Assembly (NCBI GenBank): GCA_963693365.1
Contig: CAVNZM010000018.1
Span: forward strand, 124,001 to 188,000
Length of the DNA: 64,000 nt
Reading direction: 5' to 3'
Source: Amoebidium appalachense
Taxonomy: Eukaryota > Protista > Ichthyosporea
Shown: positions 1-13,160 of the stretch, piece by piece
Position numbering within the stretch: the first letter of the stretch is position 1
Layout of the letters: each line of letters begins with the position of its first letter
The notes under the pieces: model-generated
Database searches by the model: none
What the model was told of the DNA's origin: nothing
The model's input: only the letters and a program-made list of their open reading frames with translations
Program-made: the position numbers and the translations under genes

Positions 1-295
1 CTAATAATAACAGAACCAACAACGAAAGAGGCAGTCAAAGCAACACAGCCTAAAGGTGGGGGGTAAAAAAAATAAAATAAAAAAATGAAAAGAATTGTTC
101 TGCTGGGATATTCTAAGTGATATGAAAAATACAAAAGAAACAATGAAAAAAACAAAAAAAACAAAAATGAAAAAACAAAACAGGAGTTGTGTGGTACTAC
201 GTGCACTGTACAGACACACCAATCGCAGCCACCAGGTAATAGCCTTATATGGCGCCGGCAGCATTCATGCCGGCCTTGCCCGCGCAAACTTCATC

Positions 296-354
296 CTGTA
301 AATGCATATTCCAGTCAGCACCCACAACATCCCCCCCTGCACAAAAATACAAAT

Positions 355-393
<39 letters not shown>

Positions 394-747
394 CATTTGT
401 GCTTTATTGTGATATACAGCATGTACCAGTTCACAAAGAGATCAGGAAAGTTTGCACAAAGGTAAGGTGAAGTCCATCCTGGAGGAAAAAGAAACGGGAG
501 GAGGAAGAGAGGTGGGTGGGTGGTGGTGGTGGTGGTGGTGGTGGTGGTGGTGGTGGTGGTGGTGGTGGGGGGGGGGGGGGGGGGGGGTAAAATGTGGAGC
601 ACAATATAAAGCCCATCACAAATCCAAACATACGCACACAGCCATACAAGAGCTTGCACAGAGGTGCGCGCTCCCGCGCGCAGGTGTGTGTGTGTGTGTG
701 TGTCCGTGTCCGTGTGTGTGTATTTGGGGTGGGGTGGGGGTGGGGGT

Positions 748-780
<33 letters not shown>

Positions 781-795
781 CCAAAGCAGACGTAC
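296..795 (-). other. Two putative 3'UTR introns of eRF1 (795-479 and 426-296) around a 52-nt exon (478-427)
   Basis: Donor GTACGT 3 nt after TAA; acceptor with a long pyrimidine tract ending TTCCTCCAG; second donor GTACAT and acceptor TTTACAG. Both carry the sense-strand C-run/(CA)n composition of the coding introns. Confidence 0.62.
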
Positions 796-798
796 AAT

Positions 799-3700
799 TT
801 ACAGGTAGTCGTCGTAGTCAAAGTCCTCCTCGTCAAACTCCATCTCCTGAAAATCGACCTTGTAGCGCAATAGAGCCCCCACCCCACCAAAACCACGCAC
901 GAATTGGGCCCCCTCCTGGCTCTTATCGGTAATGATCTCCAGCGTGGTGCCGAATGTCTTGTAATTGTTTGCAAACCACTCGATCACCGGTAGGGCTTCG
1001 ACGATTTCGAGGTCCGTGCCTGTCACTTCGTCCTGTGTCCGTGTCCGTGTGTGTGTGTGTGTGTGTGTGTGCGCATGTGGATGCGGAAAGGAGAGGTGGG
1101 AGGGGGAGGGGTTTGTCAGTCACGGTGGTATTGTCTAGAATAGAAAAACCGGGAGAGAGGGGTGGATGAGTGTGGATGCCCAAAGGTGCATCGTATGTGT
1201 GTTGCTTCCCACCCATATAAACGGAAAGTGAGATAAGAAAACACGTTTTACAACCCCCTCCCCCCCCCCCCCCCCCCCTCCCCCTTCTGCCCCCCCAAAC
1301 CCCAAACACGCACCGACCATCTCCCCTCCCCCCGTATATTCCCACCAGCACCCAATCCACACACGTGCACCCCCGGCACACAAACGACAATGACCACAAC
1401 ACCACACACACAACCGTGCATACAAAAACAAAACGGTCCATCGAATCAATCACAATCAAAGCAACACCCCCCCCCCCCCCCCCCCCTCTCTCTGGAAAAT
1501 AAAAATATAAAATGGAACAAAACAAAAAGATAGACCCACGGACCTGGAAAAATTTCTTCTTGTCCTTCTCCTGTTCGGGCGTGAGGTAGTGCACGATGAC
1601 GTCATCACTGTTGGGGTTCTTGACCTCGTACCGTGTGATCTCAAGGTTCTCCCACACAATCGTCACCTCGGCTGCACCCATCTCCAGCGCCTGTGCACGT
1701 GTGTGTGTGTGTGTGTGTGTGTTTGGGGGGGAGAGGGGAGAGGGGAGGGGGTAGGGGGGAGAGGGGCAGGTGTAGGCCTGGAGGAGGCGGACGGGGGAGG
1801 GGGGAGGGGGGCGGGGGATGACGTCTTAGTGCCTGTCGGTGTTTCTCATGCTTTTCGTGTCCGTGTGGTATACATACATTGCGGCCGTGCAACGGCTTAT
1901 CACCCAAACCAAGGACACGAAAAACCACATGCTCTTGTGTGAGTACCCAACCGTGCAAAAGGCCCAAAACTGTTCTAAGTGCCCCCCCCCCCCCCCCCCC
2001 TCCCTACCCCTCCGCGCACGCACTTCCCACAAGTCACCGTTTCACAGAATTTAACTCCCCCCCCTCTCCCCGGGAACCACGTACACACAGACAACACAAA
2101 ACACCATACACCAAAACTTCTCTCACTGGTTGTACTTTTCGATCAACACATATTATCCCGAACCCCCCCCCCCCCCCCCCCCCCCCCCCCACCGGAAGCT
2201 AAGCTAACATCACACCCACCCCAACCGCTAGCGCTAATTCCAGACCCGTAAATCATCAACTTCTGACCCAATCCCCCCCCCCCCCCCCCCCCTTCCCCTC
2301 CCTTGCTCAAAATACCCACACACACGACACCCACACATCAACCCCCCCCCCCCCCCCAAAAAAAAAAAACATACACTTACAGTGCACCACCCACCCAGCA
2401 CACATACCTACACAAGTGCACACACCTTCCCCCTCCCCTTCCCCTCCCCCCCCCCACACACACACACCACCACCACCCACCCACACACCTTCAGTGTATC
2501 GCCGATACCAAAACAGTACTTGCCCGTGTCCTGCGCGATCTCCTCAAAGTACTTCATGATCAGTTTCTTCTCCTGAATAAACTTCACATTCATCAGACAC
2601 TCCGCACTTAACTCAATCGCCTGGTTGAACCCGTTCTCCCCTCCATAACTGATATCCACAATCTTCAGAACTTTCGTCGCGAGACGCGGGTCGAACATTT
2701 CGGACTGAGAGAGCTCAGTTTTGAAATCAGCGGAGCCGGCGAGAATGAGTCCTGCCACATTGCATCTGTCGTTTGTGATGAAAATTTGGACAGCGGTTTC
2801 AGCGACTTTACGCACGTAGTTGTGGCGTTTTTCCATGCGGAGACGGGCAAAACGAAGGGCGGACTGACCACCGCGACCGTGTTTCTTGGGAAGGTCGACT
2901 TGGAACTTGGCCAGGATTTCGCGGGTGTTTCCGGAGAGAGTACCAAAGAGGGCACCGTTACCTGTGAAGGGGTGTGTGTGTGTATGGTGTGTGTATGTGG
3001 GAGAGAGAGGCAGGGAGGGGGGGGGAAGAGGGGGGGATGGGTGTGAGTGTGTGTGTGTGCACGCGCGCGCATGTATGTGTGTATCTGTGTATGCGTGTGT
3101 GTTTGTATGTGTGTGTCTGGTCCTGTACCTCTCCATGATGTAAATGTATATCTCCCTGTGCATGCGCGCGCGCGCGTGTGTGTGGTCATTTCTTGTATGC
3201 GTGCATTCTCTCTTTATACTCGGGCACGTCTGTGTGTACCACAATGTGCGCATGTGACAACCCGCTGTTACCCACTAGGCCTCACCAACCAGCATTCGCT
3301 ACAAACACCCACCACCCTCCACTTATCCCCACCCAATACCCACAGACACTCTTGAAGCCTTTGCGAACAAATCTCCGACAACACACACACACATGTTCAC
3401 CCATTCGCAACTAAACACCCATTCAGCAGAAAAAGGCCTACGCTTGCACGCTCTATCATGCAGTTTTCAATCAACCCCGGAGCAAGAAAGGCTAGGTTTG
3501 TCGTCAAATCCCATATATTTATCAAACACAACCTATTCGACATGAACCGTTATAACGTCAAAACAGAGACACACGAACCACCTTCTATAGGGAACAATGC
3601 ACAAGTTTACGAGACACTAGCCCCCCATCCCCCCGACACTTAAACTTAACCCCACCCTCGTTTAAGCCCATCCTTGATTCAAGCACACCACTGCTTCACC

Positions 3701-4278
3701 CCACCCATTGTTTAACCCCGTCGCGCCTCAATCCCGCTCATTGTTTGATCCCCTCACCCTTATTTGTAATTTCATTGCTCACCCTCACCCACAGTTTAAC
3801 CCATCCACTGCTTAACCCACCCACTGTTTAACCCGGCCACTGCTTAACCCCACCCACAGTTTCACCCTGCACATACCGTCCATGATGATAAACCCGAACT
3901 TGTTGTCGTCTTCCAGCAAATCATTCAGCGCCTCGGTGTGGAACTTGTTATCGCACAGATACAGAGACGTGTTGATGGGCTTAAACGGCTCAAAGTCGAT
4001 GTTCACTTTCTTTTCCTTGCCCTCATCAGTCATAATCGTGCCGCAGTACAGCACGAGACCGTTGTTGGGCACCTGTGGATGTGTGTGTGCGTGTGTGTTG
4101 GGGAGAAAGAAGAGGCGGGGGGGGGGGGGGGGGGGGGGGAGAGAGGTTAGAAGGCATTACAAAGTACGAAAAAAACATCCTTGGCAGACAGCACAATGCA
4201 GATTGCAAATAACACGTGGGAGTATGTATTATGTACCGGGTCGGGGGGAGGGGGTCGCGGTGGGGGAGGGGTATGTGG

Positions 4279-4323
<45 letters not shown>

Positions 4324-4998
4324 GGGGGGGGGGATCGGTGGGTATGCATGTGTGGGTGTGCTGTGCGAAGATGTCTTCATCCGTGTGTAGCTGTGTGTGC
4401 GGGTGTAAAGGGTGAAGAGGGGTATACTGGTATGTGTGTGCAGGTGTGTGCAGAAGGGGGGGAAGGGAGTGTTCGCGCGCATGTGTGTGTGTGTGTGTGT
4501 GCATTTGAGTGTTTGAGCCACTGTGTGCGTGTGTGAGTGTGTGTCTGTGCGCGCACACATTTGTGCATGCACACGTGGGTGCGTGCATTCGGGAATGTGA
4601 ATGGGTCACAGTGTGCAAGCGTACGTCTGTGCAAGTTGTCCCCGTGCCTTTGCACATATGCAGCACAGCTTAGGGTACGCAAACTATTCTACCCCACATT
4701 CAGTTGACCACCAATTCAAACACTTGAATGTTGTGTGCATATGGTGCTCCTGACACTTGTCCGTGTGCTTTTGTGAGTATATGATACCGAGCTTGTGTGT
4801 GTTGTGTGGGTATCCAGTTGTACGTAGAGACCGTGTATGTATGCCCATGTTGTGAACTGCACGAGTGCACTTGAAACGACCGGGTGGGTGTGGGGTGTAT
4901 CGGTGCAGCATTGTGTCTGTATGCAAGCGTGTCTGTGCGCATTGTGTGGCAAATGTATGTGTATGAAGTGTTGTGTGCATGCCCACCAGCATGCCTGA

Positions 4999-5070
<72 letters not shown>

Positions 5071-5293
5071 TGTGTGTGCATGCCCTTATATATACGTATG
5101 TCCGTCTAGGCGTGCGAGTTTTGTGAAAACACCTGGGTATCCCAACCGATCAGGTCGTTCTTGTCCCTAAAAAGATCCCTTTCCAGCCCTACAAAGCACA
5201 CATGTCCTAAAGAGAAAATCAAACCATCCACTTAACATCAATACACATGAACACCCTTGAACAACAACAACAACCCCCCCTCCACCCCAACCA

Positions 5294-5336
<43 letters not shown>

Positions 5337-5610
5337 GCACACACACTCAACCCACCTTGTTGTAAAGCTTCAATCTCTGCTGCACAGACGTAATAGCTCC
5401 GAGCACAGACAACCGGTTCACGCGCGACTTAATGTTGCTCGCCGTGCCGTACTCATCAGCCAACATCTTTGCTGCGCGCGCGATCTGATCCTTGGGCGGG
5501 AGGATAAGCGAGATCATAGACGTGCCATTTCCCCTGGCTGCCTCCAAGCTCTTAATGAGCTTCTTGATCTTCCAAATCTGCACGTTCTTATCCGCATCTG
5601 GGTCATCCAT
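799..5610 (-). CDS. ETF1: Eukaryotic peptide chain release factor 1, 434 aa. Exons 5356-5610, 3877-4072, 2489-2961, 1544-1690, 799-1032
   Basis: GT-AG exons join in frame (1305 nt). Motifs [35 protein letters not shown] and an acidic C-terminal tail. Confidence 0.97.
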
Positions 5611-6123
5611 GGTGCCTAAGCGACCGCAAAGGTCAAAACAAACAGTGAAAAGGTGTTCCCCTGGGTTCCCTACCCTAAAAACCAAGCTTCCCCCCTGTCT
5701 TCCCGGCCTGTTTTACAGCTGACTGTGTGCTGATGAAAAAACTCTTGGCTGACAGTGCCATAGAGCGCGAACGCTGTGTCCTAATCCGCCGCCCGGCAAC
5801 AACTGATAAATAACTAATCAAAACTAATAAACAAAGTAAATTATTCAGGCTTTCTGCGGTGACGTCATCAATGTAACAAGTACACCAATCAGTACGCGTA
5901 TACGCCTCCAAATGTAGCCATAAAAGGTTAACTATGTGCCATGACTGCACATACACATGTGTACGGGTTTTCAAATGAGCCAATCGCAACAGCGCTTGAA
6001 TTTGGCTTATGACCGGGCCTAACCCACGTGACCTCTACAGTGTTACACACAGCTCCCCGCCTGTTGTGGTGGGCAGAGCCTCTAATGGTATGGCATCAGC
6101 GAAACGAACTATGTGGAAAGAAA

Positions 6124-6455
6124 GGGAGGCTGTTCACAGCTAGATAACATGACGATAAGGACAAAGGTGGATCTTGCAGCATATAACTCGAGCGGTTCCT
6201 AGGACATAGCTCAGCTACAAAAAAGATATAGGCCTTTGGCTAAGGCAGGCGATGATAGTGGACATGTTATCAGTGATCAGTTGGGATCCTTATGGGGCCA
6301 GGTTGGGAACGGTCTTTCCGATTGATGATTTAAGTGGGGTGTAATGTACATAGCGGTGACGACTGAAGAATTGTTCACCTGGGAGGGTGTGACAGCAATC
6401 GGCAGAGCTCAAGATCGCACATTTGGTACATGGGGAATTGCTGGGGCCGGGAGGG
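6124..6455 (+). pseudogene. Possible decayed His-Me (DNA/RNA non-specific) endonuclease fragment
   Basis: Translates ...RPLAKAGDDSGHVISDQLG..GQVGN/VFP, resembling DxGHxIxxxLGGxGxxxNxxP, but with an in-frame TAG and frameshifts. Confidence 0.27.
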
Positions 6456-6813
6456 ACGTGTGTACGTGTGTATGCACGAGCGCGCGCGCGTGTATGTGTG
6501 TGCGTATGTACCACAGTGAGTGTCTAAAGGGTGGTAGTTTGGTGGTGGTGGTGGGGGGGGGAGGGGAAACTTTGAGGGCCCGGGGGGGGGGGGAGGGGGG
6601 CACGAGGGAATACTCTATTCGGCACAGTCCAGATCTGTGCTGTCCATGTACGTGGGTATCAAAATGAGAGAGAGGGAGAGCGGGGGCCCCGGGGGAGGGG
6701 GAGGAAGGAAGGGGGAAGGGGGGGGGGGCTGGGCTTTTGCAGAATATACACAAGGAGTATGCATTATATTTTTTTTTCTGTTTCTTTCTTTCTTTCTTTT
6801 TTTTTTTTTTTTT

Positions 6814-6856
<43 letters not shown>

Positions 6857-7225
6857 CAACAGAAGTCAAACAATGCATCAATGGGAGCGCTTTGCAAAAG
6901 CAATATTCTGAAAAGTGGGGTTGAAAGCCCACCTGCAAAATTCTTATATTTGTTTGTTAGCTCGGCTGGCCTTTGCCTAGCCGTCCTATGATTTAGACGC
7001 TAACACTACGACAAACCCAAAGGTGTGTTATGTTATCACCTAGTGGAATCAAAAAAAACAAGATAAAAACAATAATGTTTGTACAGAGGGGTAAAACTCT
7101 CCACAACAGAATTAGCATTGCCTGACCGGTTCTTTTTTGAACATCCCCCTTGCAAACAAAAATATATACGAAAAGGTAAAATCTAAAGGTGTGCCGTTGC
7201 TTCCTTATTAGGAAGGGTGTCCTAA

Positions 7226-8768
7226 TTAGGCAGCCTGGGCCTGTGCTGCCTTCTCCTTCTCCTTGTCGCGGAGAATACGACGAAGGATCTTGCCTGAGGG
7301 GGTCTTGGGGATGGCTGTGTGGGTACGTGGGTGATTGGGTTATTAATCCTTAGTAGTTTTAATGATAGTTTTGGCTTTTGTTTCTTTTTGTGGGGTGCCG
7401 GTGCCGTTGGTGATGGGTAGATAGGGTGGCTTCTTTCTCTCTCTCTCTCTCTCTCTCTCATTATTGTTGTTATCATTATTATTATTATTACAACTAGTTA
7501 TTATTATTATTATTATTATTATTATTTTTTTTTTTTTTTTTTTTTTTTGGGGGGGGGGGGGGGTTTGAATGCGGAACACAGTACGAAGTACGCATAGACG
7601 ATGAGAAGCATGATGCAGGACACATGCAAAAGCAAACATTCAAGTATGCAGCATCAGCCATGCGCACAGTATGCGTCATAAGCAGAGCCCATCCTCAGGG
7701 AGGGCCCAAGTCATCAATTGCGTCTGAGTTTCGACCCCTTAGCCCGCGTATATACGACGCTCCAACTCAGACAGCAGCATCAACTGAACTTGGGTGGGTC
7801 AACCCGTCTTGATCAAAGACGAGCAGGGTTGCTTATGCAAGCAAGGTGAGCAAAACGGTGAAGATGTGTGTGCAAACTAATGCAGTGCAGCGACAAACGC
7901 GTATGTGCTTACAGATGCACGACACAGAGCAACCATGCCCGGTTGCATGGAAGTAAAGATGTCTCCACACAGTGGTCTGTCCTGAAAGGACACCTCTGAA
8001 AGAAGACAGGGGGGGTTTGAATGCGGAACACAGTACGAAGTACGCATAGACGATGAGAAGCATGATGCAGGACACATGCAAAAGCAAACATTCAAGTATG
8101 CAGCATCAGCCATGCGCACAGTATGCGTCATAAGCAGAGCCCATCCTCAGGGAGGGCCCAAGTCATCAATTGCGTCTGAGTTTCGACCCCTTAGCCCGCG
8201 TATATACGACGCTCCAACTCAGACAGCAGCATCAACTGAACTTGGGTGGGTCAACCCGTCTTGATCAAAGACGAGCAGGGTTGCTTATGCAAGCAAGGTG
8301 AGCAAAACGGTGAAGATGTGTGTGCAAACTAATGCAGTGCAGCGACAAACGCGTATGTGCTTACAGATGCACGACACAGAGCAACCATGCCCGGTTGCAT
8401 GGAAGTAAAGATGTCTCCACACAGTGGTCTGTCCTGAAAGGACACCTCTGAAAGAAGACAGGGGGGGTTTGAATGCGGAACACAGTACGAAGTACGCATA
8501 GACGATGAGAAGCATGATGCAGGACACATGCAAAAGCAAACATTCAAGTATGCAGGGGGGGGGGGGGGGGGGGGATATATTTATGGCAGTAAAGTGATGT
8601 TTCTCGTGTGAAGCTATCCTTGCAAATACCCTAGGGGCCTTTTTCCTTTTATCCCGTTTGGGGGGTTGTGTGTGTGTTGTGTGGTGGTGGTTGTGCTTGT
8701 GTATGTGCAAGAAAACGAGAGAGAGAGAGAGAGAGAGAGAGAGTGTGTGTGTGTGTGTGTGTTTTTTT

Positions 8769-8800
<32 letters not shown>

Positions 8801-9171
8801 ATACCATCGATGTATTCGATCTCGACCAGGTGCTTGTACTCAGACAGATGTTTGTTGGCCCACTGCCGCAGCTCCTCCGCATCAAGCTGTGTGTGTGTGT
8901 GTGTGTGTGTGGTGTTTGTGTGAATGTATGAAGGGTCAGTGTACAAGCGAGAGTACGTAAGTCATCGTTGTATCTGCCCCCCCCCTTCCTCCCCCCCTGC
9001 ACATAGTATGCTCGTACTCAATCCGGCATCCCGGCCACTGTAAATGACTTCCTCCCACATCACATTCCCATCTAAGCCCATTCCCATCATCAGTACTAAC
9101 CATGGCTCTGCATCCACTACAAAAGTGTCACCTTTTTACTCCTCCAATTTCCCCCTCCACCCCCCATTCCC

Positions 9172-9202
<31 letters not shown>

Positions 9203-9633
9203 AAAAGTACACATAAGACACAAAAGTACACACACCCACACCCACACACAAACAAGCACGTGCGCACGTGGACACACACACACACACACACACCACACAC
9301 ACACACCTGTGCGCCCTGCTTGAGCACGACGTAAGCCTTTGGTCTCTCTCCACTGCGCTCGTCCGGCTTCTGCACCACACACACGTCCCCGACAAGAGAG
9401 TGGCCTAGAAGCACCCCTTCAAGCTCAGCTGGCGCCACCTGCAAAATTGAAATTGAAACCAAAATTAAAATTATGATGGGTTCTTGTTCCTCATTGGCTC
9501 CACTATACGTACTAAATCGTTTCCCCATTTATGTAATCGTGTTCAGGGTGTAGCAGGCGTAAAGTTTTGAAGGCGTGACGTGAGTATAAGCCGAGAAGTA
9601 GGTAGATGATCGAGCAGGCCATGCTGGTAGTGT

Positions 9634-9665
<32 letters not shown>

Positions 9666-12015
9666 GAAGTACGAATGTGGAGTTATCATTTCACGGGCTG
9701 TAGGGCAGCTACGGTTATTCTTGCATTGACAGAAAACCACTAAAGCGGTGCAGTGTGTAGCATTGGTCTACTATTTAGTACCACCACCGACCCTCAATGT
9801 TACCTGCAAGACCAACATGTTTAAAATGATTGAACTCACTTCGTATTTGCGCTCAGACGTCGACTCACTTCCGACAAATATGTATGCGCCCAGACGTCGA
9901 CTCACTTCCGACAAATATATATGCGCCCAGACGTCGACTCACTTCCGACAAATATATGCGCCCAGACGTCGACTCACTTCCGATAAATATATATGCGCCC
10001 AGACTCAGTGCAATTGTGTTTATTCTATTAACTCACTTTCTGCACTCATAGCCACCCCCCCCCCCCCCCACAACCCCCACCACCCTTCGTCTCTTACCTG
10101 GCTGGCTTTGACTTTGATTAACTCCTTGACACGGTCCTCGATGAAGAGATGTCCTGCGTGTGTGTGTGTGTGTGTGTGGGTGGGTGTGTGTGGAAGAGGG
10201 CCGGGAGTGTGGACGGGTAGACTCATGATCAGACACGGGAGGGAAGGGAATGGGGAGACGGAATGAGAGAGGAGGTAACTGAGGTAGAAGGTGGAGGTGG
10301 GCATGGAGGGGGGAGGGGGGGGGATAAACACGGTAAGACACGAGCAAAGCCCAACTCTTACCCGTAACCACACTCAAACAAGAGCAGACAATAAGCAGTG
10401 ACAGTCGAATCAAAATAGAACAAAACCAAACCAGTTGATTGGGCCAATAACGCGTAAGCCTGCAATTCGTGACGTAACATCAAATGACTTCAAGGAGACG
10501 TCAGATTACTGTCGTGAGCTGAAGTCTTGCCCAAAATATGGCAGTCTCTCCTTTTGGAATTAATCCATATCACACCGGCTATCTTATGGGGGGATCCGAA
10601 TTCGGTCAGCCGGTCGGGTCATATATGGAATAAAAAATGATACGAGAGCCCCTTGACGACAAGAAAAATAAGGCATAAACATCTTTATGAAATGAAGACA
10701 CTATGCTAAAAACTAAATATATTTTCTTCATTATTATTTTTTCCCTCTAAAGTGCATGATTGCACTAGAGCGGTTGCAAATTCCTTTCATTTTTGTGGCT
10801 CATACAGCGTGATACTTAAAAAAAATGTGTTGAGAAATTCAGTTAGACCTTGGGGCTCATTCGACAATTATGGAGTATATGTTTTTGTGCTATTTTTAAG
10901 TTTAGAAAGCTCTCGTATCTGGTTCATTTTCTGTTTTAAAGCTATTGTTTTACCCCTATTTGACCGGTAACTGCAAACACTGGCTCATATCACGGAGATC
11001 CTAAGTTCAGGGGAATTTCCGAATCGGATTATCACAATCGGTTTGTGGCGTTTGCACTCGCCACATCATTACAGCAGCTCATTTACCTTATTTATATAAC
11101 AACATTAATACCGTTATGCCGTGGTCTGTCGCTAAGCTGAAGTGTTAAAAAAAAAAAATGATGCATGCATGTACAAATAACACACCTACAAGACAGTACG
11201 CGGCCCTTGTTTGTCGAACCCGGGAAATGCATTCCCAAGTTCATTTGGCCTAACGGCCAGAGCGGTCAGAGGATGGCATGATCTTCTCTATGCATGTCGA
11301 TTTTATCAGATTTATAGCTTGAAATATGATTGGATGTGTAATTGCCCGGGGACCCGGGGACCGGATTGTCGCCGCCCCCAAAAATAGCCGGTATGTATTG
11401 TGCTATTGGTGAAATGAAAAAAAGAAAGAGAGAGAGGCAGAGGAGAACCCAATGGAATGGCATTTAGTTGAAACAGCCATTCCAAGTGCCATATTAAGAA
11501 TTTAACAAACCAATCAGCACCTACCATTTTCAGTCACGTGGCCAATGTCGCCTGTGTGCAGCCAACCCTCGGGGTCAATGGTGTCCTTGGTGGCCTTCTC
11601 GTTGTTCAGGTACCTAATAATAGAGATTGTTACTATAAATGGAAACCACAACATAAAGCACAGGCCCACACACCCAAAATAAGTTTTCATTCATGTCTTT
11701 CCGCATACATTGACTATAGAACAGGGCGCGGGGACAGAAAAAAAAAAGGGAATCCATGGCGGGCAGGGGGAGGGGAGGGGGAGGGGGAGGGGGAGGGCAA
11801 AGGGGGGGGGGGGGGGGGGGGGGGGGGGGAATGCTTTAATAATGGATTGCACGTTCACGGCCGGCAGCTCAATGCAGATCAGAGAAAAATGGGGCAACGC
11901 ACGGGGATAGAAGCTCCAAGTTATCACAGTACCCGAGTTTCGACCCAGCCATTTTCAGAGAGGGATGGGGAGGTGGAGTTGTGTGTACGTGTGTGTGTGT
12001 TTGGGGGTGGGGCAG

Positions 12016-12066
<51 letters not shown>

Positions 12067-12177
12067 GGGGGGATGGGGGCAGTAGTACCCCTTCATGACC
12101 TGGGGACCCTTAATACAGACTTCACCATTCTCACTGGGTCCAAGCTCAGCGCCTGTGGTAAGATCCACAACCTGTGT

Positions 12178-12247
<70 letters not shown>

Positions 12248-12937
12248 CCAAGACATATCAGTCCACATCCCAACCATAACATTTAAGCTCATGGAAGGAG
12301 CCACATGGCGCCGATTGGTAAAAGGGGGGTAAACAGAGAAGCACAACAGCTTGGGTTTTCAAACCGTTTCATTCGAACGCCTTCAATATGGTAACCAGAT
12401 TAAACGTCTGATTGCTTAATGCTGAATCAATTAACCAGCTCGTTCCGTGATTGGATGTGTATGAAGGCGCTCCATTCCCCAAATGTTTGCCACGCTTTGA
12501 AAATACCGCCATTTGATTGGAACACCTTCAGTATGGCAATACGGATTGCTAAAATCATTGGCTCTACCCCAAACCTCAGATTGACCGTTTAGCATAGAGG
12601 TTTGCTTGCCAGGATACTCATGCTAATCCCGTCTCTACGCTTCTATTCCTCCCCCCCCCCCCCCCCCCCCCCTTCCCCTCCCCCTTCTTATTAGAAACAA
12701 CACACACATCCCCATCCCCCACCGGTCCACCTCTGCCTTCCCGATTTCCCTCCCTCAACGTTTCCCGTTATTATTTGCCTTTTCTATTCATTTTGTGCAT
12801 TTTTCACTTCAACTGGTTGTCCATTCCCGTCTTTCAAGCACCTTCACAAGATTCATATGGTGCATTAGGGAAACAGGAAGTGTATTTCTTTTTTTTCTTT
12901 TTTCTTTTCTTCTTTTTTTCTTTTCTTTTTTTTTTTT

Positions 12938-12969
<32 letters not shown>

Positions 12970-13065
12970 TAAGGGTGTACCTTGCACAAAGTGTTTGGAA
13001 CCAACACACCGGCGCTGCCCACGGCTGTCTGTTCCCTGTCTCTGCGGTCAAAGTGGCACACGGGG

Positions 13066-13160
<95 letters not shown>

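Noticed and set aside
184-684. Plus-strand micro-exons (184-233, 420-461, 642-683) of a convergent gene
   Set aside because: AG/GT pairs exist but give no recognisable protein. Tract polarity and the strong pyrimidine acceptor favour minus-strand eRF1 UTR introns. Not fully excluded.
3877-5610. Variant genetic code signalled by eRF1
   Set aside because: GTS, TASNIKS and YxCxxxF are canonical, and genes here end in TAA or TGA normally.
7685-7740. Hammerhead ribozyme in S1 (CTGAGGA and GAAAC both present)
   Set aside because: I could not build stem II or a correctly placed NUH site. An automated search is still worthwhile.
9849-10007. CRISPR-like array
   Set aside because: The units abut with no unique spacers; it is an intronic minisatellite with no cas genes.
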